Part shown: positions 29,843 to 39,242 of the stretch, piece by piece
Numbering within the stretch: the first letter of the stretch is position 1
Layout of the letters: each line of letters begins with the position of its first letter
Assembly: GCA_958449715.1 (NCBI GenBank)
Contig: CAUDIU010000001.1
Span: 1 to 50,579 of the forward strand
From: an uncultured Clostridium sp.
GTDB lineage: Bacteria > Cyanobacteriota > Vampirovibrionia > Gastranaerophilales > Gastranaerophilaceae
DNA: 50,579 bases
Reading direction: 5' to 3'
Made by a program: the position numbers and the translations under genes
Notes under the pieces: generated by a model
The model's database searches: none
What the model was told of the DNA's origin: nothing
Seen by the model: only the letters and a program-made list of their open reading frames with translations

Positions 29843-29853
29843 AATATTTTCAA
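29825..29853 (-). promoter_or_regulatory. sigma-70-type promoter of pilin 3 (TTGAAA-17-TATAAT, extended -10 TG)
   Basis: Minus strand TTGAAA atattaaaacaaactgc TATAAT. Confidence 0.7.
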
Positions 29854-29860
29854 TATTTTA

Positions 29861-30910
29861 TTATTCTACATTTACTGACAAACAAGTCTTTTCATAATGT
29901 AATCTGTTATTAAACTGATTAATACGTCCCATAACTTCCTTAAACATAGGAATAGGTAAACTTTGTTTACCATCAGACAGAGCATTTTCAGGATCATGGT
30001 GTACTTCCATCATAATACCATCTGCACCAACTACAAGTCCTGCTTTCGCCATCGGTTCAATTAAATATCTCTGTCCAGTACCATGACTTGGATCTACAAT
30101 TATAGGCAAATGTGAATATTTTTTGATAACAGGAATTGATGCTATATCCATTACATTACGAGTAAATGCGCTGTCAAAGCTTCTTATTCCTCGTTCACAT
30201 AGTATTACATTTGGATTACCGTTATACATAATATGTTCTGCTGCTAGTAAAAATTCTCTAATTGTGCTTGCTAAACCTCTTTTTAAAATAACAGGTTTTC
30301 TGCATCTACCTACTGCATGCAATAATTTAAAGTTTTGAACATTTCTGGCACCAATTTGCAATACATCAACATATTCGCACATCATATCCAAATCAGAAGC
30401 GTCCATTACCTCTGATACTGTCAATAAACCGGTTTCTTCACTTGCTCTTTTTAAATATTTCAATGCTTTTTCGCCATAACCTTGAAAATCATATGGTGAA
30501 GTTCTTGGCTTAAATGCTCCTCCACGCAAAAATTCACATCCCATTTCCTTAGCAGCAAGTGCAACTTTTATAAGTCCATCATAATCTTCTTCAACAGAAC
30601 AAGGTCCGACCATTGAAACAGGTTTGTTGCCGCCACCGATTTTTACACCATTTGCAAACTCAATTACAGTATCATCAGGTTTTCTATCCCTTGAGGCTAA
30701 TCTGAATGGTTCTCTTATAACTTTAACTTCTTTTACACCATCAAATGCTGCCACTCTACCTGGAGTAACTGTCGTTTTATCACCTATCGCATCAATTACT
30801 GAATGAACTTGACCTTGATTAAATCTGATATCAAAACCATTGTCTTTTAAAAAATCAATTACTCTTTGTATCTGAACTTTGGTAGCATTACGCTCCATAA
30901 TTATAATCAT
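29861..30910 (-). CDS. aroF: DAHP synthase, type I-beta with N-terminal regulatory domain
   Basis: GPCSVE, RGGAFKPRTSPYDFQG, QIGARN, KRG, CERGIR, DPSHGTG. Confidence 0.93.
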   Translation of the reverse strand: MIIIMERNATKVQIQRVIDFLKDNGFDIRFNQGQVHSVIDAIGDKTTVTPGRVAAFDGVKEVKVIREPFRLASRDRKPDDTVIEFANGVKIGGGNKPVSMVGPCSVEEDYDGLIKVALAAKEMGCEFLRGGAFKPRTSPYDFQGYGEKALKYLKRASEETGLLTVSEVMDASDLDMMCEYVDVLQIGARNVQNFKLLHAVGRCRKPVILKRGLASTIREFLLAAEHIMYNGNPNVILCERGIRSFDSAFTRNVMDIASIPVIKKYSHLPIIVDPSHGTGQRYLIEPMAKAGLVVGADGIMMEVHHDPENALSDGKQSLPIPMFKEVMGRINQFNNRLHYEKTCLSVNVE

Positions 30911-30974
30911 AGTTTTCTCCTATTTTTAATAATCGGCAAAAATAAGTGTACCACGAACAATTTATCTTAACAAA

Positions 30975-31577
30975 TTATTTTATTTCACTCTTAATCTTTT
31001 TTAGCAAACTCTCTGCAGGGAAATAATCAGGTAGAATCTTTATACAATCCTCTAATGCTTTTTGTGCTTTTTCTATTTGATTATTATTGTAATAAATATA
31101 AGCTAACAAATAATGAAGTTCAGGATCATGATAAAAATAACTCTTTGCTCTATCTAAAAAAAACATTCCTTGCTCTAAATAACCATTATTATAAAACACA
31201 CGACCGATAAACTTATGAACTTCCGGATTAATCGTAAACATGAAATCAGCATATCTTACGATTTTTTCAACATAATCACCCTTAAAATAGTGAATTAAAA
31301 TGTTCAAATCAATCTCTAAAAAATTCCTAAGCTCGAAATACGACGGATATTCCCTTACATTTGCCTCAATCATTGAAATCATAAAAGAAGCCCAATGCGC
31401 TCTAATATCATTTCCTTTAATAGCATTAAATAAATTTTTTGCTTTTTCTAGATTATCAGACAAAAGTTCATAATAAGCATTCTCTAAAATATAACCTTTT
31501 TTAACGAAAAATTGCTGACAGTTATAATTTAATTCTGTCAACAATTCTTCTTTAGCTTTTTTATAATCTAAAATCAT
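30975..31577 (-). CDS. TPR-containing protein
   Basis: C-terminal TPR-like helices (DPELHYLLAYIYYNNNQIEKAQKALEDCIKILPDY). Confidence 0.7.
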   Translation of the reverse strand: MILDYKKAKEELLTELNYNCQQFFVKKGYILENAYYELLSDNLEKAKNLFNAIKGNDIRAHWASFMISMIEANVREYPSYFELRNFLEIDLNILIHYFKGDYVEKIVRYADFMFTINPEVHKFIGRVFYNNGYLEQGMFFLDRAKSYFYHDPELHYLLAYIYYNNNQIEKAQKALEDCIKILPDYFPAESLLKKIKSEIK

Positions 31578-31586
31578 AATAAATTA

Positions 31587-32609
31587 TTATTTGTTATTAT
31601 CGTTATTGAAACTAAAATCAGCCATCATTGAATTCATCATCATAGCTTGCATAACTCTTGGGTCAATATTTTCACCTTTTTGAGCTTGAGTCATCAACAT
31701 TGGCAACATATTCATCATACTATTACCATTGTTATTATTATTTCCTAACAACATACTCATTTCTGCCATTTGAGGATTTTGATATTGCATCATCTGAGCA
31801 TAAGGATTTTCGGATTGAACAGAAATTGATAATCCTGCATCTTTCAATGTTTTAATCGCATTCAATACATCTTCATCACTTACTTGAGCAATTTTTTCAT
31901 TATCAATATCCTTTAATGTAGATTTATTTTTATCAAATTTCTTAATTTTTTCAATATCTTTTTTTTCTAGCTCTTCTTTTTTATTTATAGTTTCTTTTAT
32001 ATTAATCAATTGTTTTTGTCTGATTTCATTATTTAACTCAGGAGACAAACCATTACCATAAGGTGCTCTGATAAATTTATCCAAATCATCTAATTCCTCA
32101 ACAGGTTCTGGCTTTTCTTCTGCAACAACCGGATGACAAGCTGGGCCATCTGTCAAACAGTCACGACCTTTTGTCGCATATTCAACAAGATAGCTGTTTG
32201 AACTAAGTGTAATAACTTTTTCATATGCTTCAACTGCTTCATTTTTCATATTTATATGAGTATATGCCAAAGCCATATAATAATATGCAAGAGCATTAGA
32301 AGGATCTTTTTTAGTTAGAGAAAACAACTCTTGTAAACAACCGGTGTAATTTCCTGCTTTATACTTCGCTACTACACTTTTAATATTCGCATTAGGATAG
32401 TATATTGTATCTTTATCAAAATCAAATGTAAAAGATGGTGTTTCATCTTTATCTGAATCAGAAGATGCATTAGATGGTTTATTTAATGCTTCTGCATTTC
32501 TTTTAGGCGGGCTTATAGGTTCAAGTTTATCTATACTACTTGAAGCATAAGTAACAACAGAACTTAATATTAATAATGCTGCTAATGTCCAAACAATCTT
32601 CTTATTCAT
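31587..32609 (-). CDS. exported TPR-containing protein with Met/Asn-rich C-terminus
   Basis: Sec-type signal peptide; TPR DPSNALAYYYMALAY...AYEKVI. Confidence 0.75.
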   Translation of the reverse strand: MNKKIVWTLAALLILSSVVTYASSSIDKLEPISPPKRNAEALNKPSNASSDSDKDETPSFTFDFDKDTIYYPNANIKSVVAKYKAGNYTGCLQELFSLTKKDPSNALAYYYMALAYTHINMKNEAVEAYEKVITLSSNSYLVEYATKGRDCLTDGPACHPVVAEEKPEPVEELDDLDKFIRAPYGNGLSPELNNEIRQKQLINIKETINKKEELEKKDIEKIKKFDKNKSTLKDIDNEKIAQVSDEDVLNAIKTLKDAGLSISVQSENPYAQMMQYQNPQMAEMSMLLGNNNNNGNSMMNMLPMLMTQAQKGENIDPRVMQAMMMNSMMADFSFNNDNNK

Positions 32610-32711
32610 ACATACATCCTTTTTTTTATTTTTAATTATTTTTTTACAAAAATCAAGCTTTTATCTTATTATATAACATTTTTTTTTATAAACATAGTGT
32701 AAATATATGAT

Positions 32712-33314
32712 TTATCTTAATGCAAATTTACATCCGCAATAATTCTGGCGATACAACCCAAATTCTTTAGATATTTTATTTGTTTTTAAAAAGCCATCTT
32801 TTTTCTTAAAATCTATTGCAACATAATTTAACTCATAATCTTTTGCAACATTCTCACCTATTAATGTTAACTTTTGAAAATTTTTATGCGGACTTATCAC
32901 CATAGAAGTCGTTATATTTTTGATCCCTTTTTCTTTTGCAAATTGAGCAGTTTTTAATAACCTTAATTCAAAACACTTGTCACATCTTTTTCCCTTTTCC
33001 GGTTCGTTTTCAAGTCCTGCAACTTTTTCATAATACAAATCAGTTTCATAATCACCTATGACCAACTCGCAATCTAAATTCTTACACAGAGTAATTTCTG
33101 CATCTAATCTTTTTTGGTATTCTTCAATAGGATAAATATTAGGATTATAAAAATATGCAATAACTTGATATCCCATATCTTTTAATAAAGATATAGGATA
33201 TCCTGAACATATTGCACAACAAGTATGAATAATTATTTTATCTTTTTTCTGCTCCAAGTTTTTCCACCCATTCTTGGTATTCTTTATATGTTTTAATACC
33301 AATATAAACCTCAT
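32712..33314 (-). CDS. queH: epoxyqueuosine reductase (DUF208)
   Basis: HTCCAICS, FYNPNIYP, RCDKC, SPHK, LYRQNYCGC. True start may be TTG 33257. Confidence 0.9.
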   Translation of the reverse strand: MRFILVLKHIKNTKNGWKNLEQKKDKIIIHTCCAICSGYPISLLKDMGYQVIAYFYNPNIYPIEEYQKRLDAEITLCKNLDCELVIGDYETDLYYEKVAGLENEPEKGKRCDKCFELRLLKTAQFAKEKGIKNITTSMVISPHKNFQKLTLIGENVAKDYELNYVAIDFKKKDGFLKTNKISKEFGLYRQNYCGCKFALR

Positions 33315-34431
33315 TATTTATCATAGTAGAAGGGGTACCTTGAATACCTCTTTTGTATGCATCATCAATTTGATCTTTAATTTCTTTTTCAGTTTCTGGG
33401 CTATTTGCATCTTCTTGCAATTTTTCCATATCAAAGCCCATATCTGCAGCATATTTTAAGACATCTTCTTCAGTTTGAGGTTTTTTCTCAAACAACATAT
33501 TATTCATATCCCATAACTTTCCTTGTTTTTCTGCAGCAATTGAATATCTAGCATCAATACAAGAGCCAATATGGAAAGGTCCTTGCAAATATTTATTACA
33601 ATCTGTATCTAAAGGAAGATTTCTATGAACAATCTTAATTCCTTTCATTTCCTTAGCCAATTTATGCATCATTGAATTATGTACAGGACAAATTGGACAT
33701 TGATAATCGGAATATGTATAGATTATAACCTTTGCATCTGCATCTCCCAAAATATTACCTTTAATAGCATATTTATTTTTCTTATGAGTAAATTCTTTAA
33801 ATTCGTACTCTCTTTTTACCTGTGGAGCAAATACAAAAGTAATTCTGGTATAAGCCAAAAATCCGCCCGCAATAAGCATTACAATTATAAAAGCAATTAA
33901 ATATTTTTTTATTTTAACTGCATCTAAAAAGTCAATAAAACTTTGTTTTATAGAATGAACGAATCCGCCGTTTTTAAAATCTGTAGCAATACAACCTATT
34001 AAAAGGTTTAATACATATGTAAACGCACAAAGAACACATAATTTTTTAATTTCAAATAAACTCAAACATAATAAAATCATTGAAATTAAAAAAGAAATTA
34101 AACCTAAAGAAGCTATATAATCCATCGGATTTTTAAATACTTCCATAAACTTGAATAATCTAAAATTCTTTAGTTTCTTCGCAAATAACATTACAAATAC
34201 AAACGAATAGAAAAACATTCCCCAATAAGCAAGAGGAATACCTAAAAATTGAGCTTCAGTCGTTTTTGCAATACCATCGCAATCAATAAATTCATTAATA
34301 GAACAAAAACTTGATAAAGCATATGGATTAAAATTAGCGTTAAAATATATTATTGCAAGTTTAATGGTAGTTATAATTCCTACTAAAGAAATAATACCTA
34401 TAGCAATCTTTTTCTTAGTTTCTTTTTGCAT
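33238..34431 (-). CDS. VKOR-DsbA/thioredoxin fusion (disulfide bond formation)
   Basis: VKOR loop CSINEFIDC, TM CVLC; C-terminal DYQCPIC and GTP cis-Pro loop. ATG 34431 follows GGAG. Confidence 0.85.
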   Translation of the reverse strand: MQKETKKKIAIGIISLVGIITTIKLAIIYFNANFNPYALSSFCSINEFIDCDGIAKTTEAQFLGIPLAYWGMFFYSFVFVMLFAKKLKNFRLFKFMEVFKNPMDYIASLGLISFLISMILLCLSLFEIKKLCVLCAFTYVLNLLIGCIATDFKNGGFVHSIKQSFIDFLDAVKIKKYLIAFIIVMLIAGGFLAYTRITFVFAPQVKREYEFKEFTHKKNKYAIKGNILGDADAKVIIYTYSDYQCPICPVHNSMMHKLAKEMKGIKIVHRNLPLDTDCNKYLQGPFHIGSCIDARYSIAAEKQGKLWDMNNMLFEKKPQTEEDVLKYAADMGFDMEKLQEDANSPETEKEIKDQIDDAYKRGIQGTPSTMINNEVYIGIKTYKEYQEWVEKLGAEKR

Positions 34432-34614
34432 ACATACTTCTCCTATTATAAATCTATAATACAATTTTAATTATTATAAATCAATAGCATAAAGAAGAAT
34501 AAATAAATCACCCTTTTGGAGAATTAAAATCTAATTCCAAAACCTTTAACTTGAATAAATTAATATTATATGTTATAATAATAAACATACATAGATTTAT
34601 TATGCGAGGTTGAT

Positions 34615-35370
34615 TTGAAAAAGAATATTCTTGATTTATTTTTGGAAAAAGCTTTAAATGTTCCTTTATGGGTAAAACAAGTAATTTATTTAAAATTAAG
34701 CAAGGAAATGCAAACCTTAGCTTGTGAAGATTTCCTAAGAAACAATCCAAATGACACTTTTTCTACATTCATTCCAACACTTACATTTAAAGGTAAAACA
34801 GAATTAACTGAAAGAAAATGCGGTCTTGATAATAATATATATAACTTTTTACAAGGCTGTGCTAATGAATATTCAATGTTAGAAATTTCTGTAAACACAT
34901 TCCTTTCAATGGAAGAAGTCGCAAAATATTATGAATTATGCCTAGAACAAAATTTTATAAAAGTTCCTGATTCTAAAGAAATTCATGCTATGGCTGGATT
35001 TATTGCTGGAAAATTTAGAATTGGAGAATACTTTAAACAAAAAGGGGTTATCTCTGTAGATCAGTTACAACAAGCAATATTAGCAAATAGAGACGCTCAA
35101 GAATCGGGCAATCCTAAAAAATTTGGAGAAATTTTAATTTCTCTTGGTTTTGTAAAAGAAGATGACATAAAAGCTCTAGTTATTTTAAAAGAAGAAGCTA
35201 AAAAACGTTTCATCCTTGATTATAATACTGTTCCAAAACCGGAAACTACATTTACAAATGATAATCAAAAATATGAAGAAGAAATAGCAAATCTAAAAGA
35301 TGAAAACTTAAAATTAAAAAGAAAAATGCTTCAACTTTTAGAATTAGTAAAAAGAAACGGTCATCAATAA
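34615..35370 (+). CDS. hypothetical protein with an MshEN-like (GSPII N-terminal) motif pair
   Basis: RIGEYFKQKGVISVDQLQQAI...KFGEILISLGFV; C-terminal coiled coil. Confidence 0.65.
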   Translation: MKKNILDLFLEKALNVPLWVKQVIYLKLSKEMQTLACEDFLRNNPNDTFSTFIPTLTFKGKTELTERKCGLDNNIYNFLQGCANEYSMLEISVNTFLSMEEVAKYYELCLEQNFIKVPDSKEIHAMAGFIAGKFRIGEYFKQKGVISVDQLQQAILANRDAQESGNPKKFGEILISLGFVKEDDIKALVILKEEAKKRFILDYNTVPKPETTFTNDNQKYEEEIANLKDENLKLKRKMLQLLELVKRNGHQ

Positions 35371-35379
35371 TTTTATTGA

Positions 35380-36666
35380 TTATTTCATTTTTAATTTACC
35401 ATCAAACCAATCATTCACCAAAATATTAAAATCAGCTTTTATATTTTGATATGCTTGTTGCGGATAAGTCCTGTTCTGAGTTTCAATACTCAGAAAATAT
35501 AATCCTCTATTATATAAATTTTGAGCAGAAGATATTATTTCTTTTGGAATATTATTTTTATATATTTTACTTGCATGAGCAATTTCAAATAATCTACGTT
35601 TATCAAGCCCACTTAAATATTTTCTCAATGTTTTTCCGTCTTTTTCGACAACAAAAATTCTTTTATCCTTAAATTTCGCCATATATGCTTGCAATTCTTC
35701 AGATGATTTAAATTTCATTACAGAATAATCTGTATCCATTTGAGAAATAGCAGACTTATAATCACCTTTTTTCAAACTATCGACCAAATCCTTTTTATTC
35801 TCAAATATTGTTTCACCTCTGTTAAACACAAAATCCATCACAGCATCTTTAACAGATTGAGGCATTTTTTTATAAGCAGCATCTCCAATAATCATTTTTA
35901 TATTCTGCTCTCGAACTAATAAATCCTGAGCAAGCATAGTATATATCTGGGAATCTGATAAATTTTTACCAACAAACCTTTTTGCTTCTGAATTAGATAA
36001 TGCATGGCCAATACCTATAGTTTTTACCCCATTTTTGTCAGTATAAATTTTATTATGTTTTTCCTCCATAATCTCAAGAGATTTTAAATATTCCAAACTG
36101 AAGCCTGTAGCTTTAGCTACATCATTTATATTTTTTACATTCTTCACAGTTCTTGTTTCAGGAATTTTAATTACCTTACCAATTTTTAATGATTTCTCAT
36201 CTAAAGAATTCAGAGCAATAATTGCATCAGGAGAAACATTAAACTTTTTAGCAATTGATTCTGCTGTATCACCTGCTTTTATTGTATAAGGTGGATTTTT
36301 GGTTATTTTTACAAATTTATTTCTAGCATTTTCTCTTGCAATTTCTTCATCAGAAATTTCTCTATACATTTGAAAACCTGAATTTTCAGATTTCTTAGTT
36401 TTTGGGAATATAGTTTCAGAAGATTTCGCTGGGATTTTTAAATTTTGACCAACAGATAACATATCACTTTTTATTCCATTAGCAGATTTCAATGCCTCAA
36501 CAGAAACTCCATGAGATTTTGCAATAGAATACAAAGTTTCTCCGGATTTTACCTTATGGTAAACAACTGGAGATTGTTTTTTATTTACATTTTTCTGCTC
36601 TGTATTTTTATCAGAAGAAAAACCAAATAAATCTGCTATAAAATCTAAAAATCCTAAACCAAACAT
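35380..36666 (-). CDS. 2x LysM plus GH24/phage-lysozyme-like muramidase
   Basis: HKVKSGETLYSIAK and YTIKAGDTAESIAK LysMs; EEKHNKIYTDKNGVKTIGIGH; DFVFNRG. Confidence 0.85.
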   Translation of the reverse strand: MFGLGFLDFIADLFGFSSDKNTEQKNVNKKQSPVVYHKVKSGETLYSIAKSHGVSVEALKSANGIKSDMLSVGQNLKIPAKSSETIFPKTKKSENSGFQMYREISDEEIARENARNKFVKITKNPPYTIKAGDTAESIAKKFNVSPDAIIALNSLDEKSLKIGKVIKIPETRTVKNVKNINDVAKATGFSLEYLKSLEIMEEKHNKIYTDKNGVKTIGIGHALSNSEAKRFVGKNLSDSQIYTMLAQDLLVREQNIKMIIGDAAYKKMPQSVKDAVMDFVFNRGETIFENKKDLVDSLKKGDYKSAISQMDTDYSVMKFKSSEELQAYMAKFKDKRIFVVEKDGKTLRKYLSGLDKRRLFEIAHASKIYKNNIPKEIISSAQNLYNRGLYFLSIETQNRTYPQQAYQNIKADFNILVNDWFDGKLKMK

Positions 36667-36675
36667 ATTATTACC

Positions 36676-38487
36676 TTAATTATTCATAGTCTCTTCAATC
36701 GCATCAGCGACACACTTCATATATTTTTTTTGATCATAACTGGATAATAGAGAATTTGTAATATCTCCATTTGCAATATTTCCAATTTCTAATAATGAAG
36801 ACGGAACTCCTTTAGTAGCATTATTTACATATAAATTATCGTGCGTAACATCTGGAGTTAAAGCCATAAAACCTTTTTTTAAGTGTTTGTTTATATTGTC
36901 TGACAACTCCTTATCAATATCTTTTGAATATCTAACCGTACACATTCTTGAATTAGGTCTTTCTTTTGCAGATTCTACATGGACAGAAAGAAACAACATA
37001 TCTGATTTATCAGTATCACTAATTAATTCTCTAACCTCATCTGATCCTTTTTTACCGGCAATTAAATTTTCTAAGTAATGTTGTTTCGCCATACCGCCAT
37101 TTCTTACAGCACCTGAAACAAAAATAACATTTGCCCCTCTGCTTCTTAATTCATCTGATAATTTATCAACAAAACTTTGAGCAACACGCCATTCTTCAAT
37201 TGGCATTTCTTTACCTTCGGCATTTTTCACTGACAAAACAGTCCCTGGATCAAAATAACCATTATTTTGTTGATAACCACCATGCCCGGAGTTTAAAATT
37301 ATTACTTTACCATTCAAATCACCATTATGAGTAGGTTCTCTTAACTCAGTTAGAGCCTCAATTTTTTTAGTTTCAGTATTATAATTTGGTAAAGGTCTTA
37401 CAATATAAGGATTTTCTACCTTACTAAAACCTTTATCATTTTTACCGCTACTTATAGCCCATTTTTTTAATGTACCAGCAGTCACATAATTTCCACTGCC
37501 GTCTTTTATATTAGTTAAAGTAGAACTTGTAATATCTTCACTACTACCGCCATTTGAACTTTTCATAATTTCCATAGGATTAGATGATGATCCTTTAGGT
37601 TTTGATGGTACAGCTTGATGATTAATCATACTATTAATCATCGAATCCAATTTTTCTGTATTTACCATACCAATAAATTTTCCAAATTGTTTATCTAACT
37701 CTGCTTTAAATTCTTGTCTTTTTGAAGCATTAACAGTTTTAGTTTGCTTAGCTAAATTATCATAGACATTCATTATTGCATCTTTTCGCAAATCTTTAGA
37801 ACTCCATACCTCAGAAGATATCGCATTAATTAAAGATTCATCATTATCAGGTAATTCATCATAAGCTTTGATTACTTGTTTTACATTTTTTTCATTTATT
37901 TGCAAAAATGCTTTACTAAAATCTTCTTTTCCTACAGCACCATAATTTGAAGATACTGCATCTCTAATTTGTTCTGCAATTTTTTGAGGACTTACAGAAG
38001 GTGTATCTTTTTTTCGAACATTACCGTTATCAATTTTCTTTACTTGTTTGGGCTTTGTTTTTTGTATTGTTTTTCCCGATTTTTCTTGGACAATTGCGTC
38101 TTTAGGGTAAACATAAAAATACTCACCTTTTGCAGGCTGATAATTTTTAGGTAAACCATTTAACTTTAACAATTCATCTAAAGTCATTCCGTTCTTTTCT
38201 GCTAAATATTTTAAACCTTTACCATCAGGAATTTTTTCGTGCGGAACATTTTTTATAACCTGACCTTTTGTTAAAGTATCTTTTGTAAGTCCTGTAAGTT
38301 TTTTAAAATCACTCAAAGACATATTAAATTTACGAGCAATAGCACTTAATCCTGTTTCATTACCACTTACTGTAACGATATATTCACCTTTAGCTCTAGC
38401 TTCTTTTTTTAATTTTTCAATATCTTTTTTAGCTTCAGTTGAACTATTATTTGTACTTGCACTTACACTCGTAATTTGAAAATCCAT
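36676..38487 (-). CDS. LysM-like plus N-acetylmuramoyl-L-alanine amidase (Amidase_3)
   Basis: Two LysM-like repeats; IILNSGHGG, E, FLSVH and LLEIGNI Zn-amidase motifs. Confidence 0.85.
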   Translation of the reverse strand: MDFQITSVSASTNNSSTEAKKDIEKLKKEARAKGEYIVTVSGNETGLSAIARKFNMSLSDFKKLTGLTKDTLTKGQVIKNVPHEKIPDGKGLKYLAEKNGMTLDELLKLNGLPKNYQPAKGEYFYVYPKDAIVQEKSGKTIQKTKPKQVKKIDNGNVRKKDTPSVSPQKIAEQIRDAVSSNYGAVGKEDFSKAFLQINEKNVKQVIKAYDELPDNDESLINAISSEVWSSKDLRKDAIMNVYDNLAKQTKTVNASKRQEFKAELDKQFGKFIGMVNTEKLDSMINSMINHQAVPSKPKGSSSNPMEIMKSSNGGSSEDITSSTLTNIKDGSGNYVTAGTLKKWAISSGKNDKGFSKVENPYIVRPLPNYNTETKKIEALTELREPTHNGDLNGKVIILNSGHGGYQQNNGYFDPGTVLSVKNAEGKEMPIEEWRVAQSFVDKLSDELRSRGANVIFVSGAVRNGGMAKQHYLENLIAGKKGSDEVRELISDTDKSDMLFLSVHVESAKERPNSRMCTVRYSKDIDKELSDNINKHLKKGFMALTPDVTHDNLYVNNATKGVPSSLLEIGNIANGDITNSLLSSYDQKKYMKCVADAIEETMNN

Positions 38488-38591
38488 ATAACAATATTCC
38501 TATTTCTTACACACATAAAAAATAACGGTATATTTTAAAACATTCTTTAAAAAATACCGCTATCTATCTTTATATTTATTTACAAATCAAA

Positions 38592-39242
38592 TTATGTATT
38601 AAAAATTCTATCTCCGGCATCACCCATGCCTGGGACAATATAGCCTTTTTCATTTAAGCATTCATCAACAGCTGCTGTAATAATTTCAATATCAGGATAA
38701 TGTTTTTGAATATTCTCAATCCCCTGAGGAGCTGCAATAATACAAATTACTTTAATATTGTCAATAGGAATTCCTTTATCTGCATATAATTTTATTGCTT
38801 CAATCAAAGAATTTCCTGTAGCTAACATTGGATCTGTTATATATATATAAAATTTTTCAGGATTAGGCGCTTCCATTGGAACTTTATTGTAATACCAAAC
38901 AGGTTTTAAAGTCTTTTCATCTCTATACATTCCAATATGTCTTATACAAGCTTGAGGCAAAATATCAATAGCTTCATCTGTAAAAATAAGACCTGCACGC
39001 AAAATTGGAGAAATAATTAAATTTATATTCGGATCAACTGTTTTAGCCGTAAAAGTAGTCAATGGAGTTGTTACCTGAGTATCAACTAGCGGTAAGTTTT
39101 TTGCAGCTTCATACAAAAGACATCTTGTTATTTTTCTTGTCGCAATTCTAACCCCTTGACTATCTGTATTTTTATCACGCATTGTGCATAAATTTAATAA
39201 CACGACAGGATTATTAATTATTCTGACTTTCTCTTTGTTCAT
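38592..39242 (-). CDS. upp: uracil phosphoribosyltransferase
   Basis: PILRAG, HIGMYRDE, DPMLATGNS, YIVPGMGDAGDR. Confidence 0.96.
   Translation of the reverse strand: MNKEKVRIINNPVVLLNLCTMRDKNTDSQGVRIATRKITRCLLYEAAKNLPLVDTQVTTPLTTFTAKTVDPNINLIISPILRAGLIFTDEAIDILPQACIRHIGMYRDEKTLKPVWYYNKVPMEAPNPEKFYIYITDPMLATGNSLIEAIKLYADKGIPIDNIKVICIIAAPQGIENIQKHYPDIEIITAAVDECLNEKGYIVPGMGDAGDRIFNT

Noticed and set aside
34508..34750. 80-aa minus-strand ORF
   Set aside because: Overlaps the start of 34615..35370 on the opposite strand and has no motif.
35380..36666. Prophage suggested by the phage-type lysozyme
   Set aside because: No integrase, structural, holin or replication genes; flanks are housekeeping.
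38488..38520. GTAAGAAA-like motif upstream of several orphan genes
   Set aside because: The copies differ on inspection and such words are expected in AT-rich DNA.
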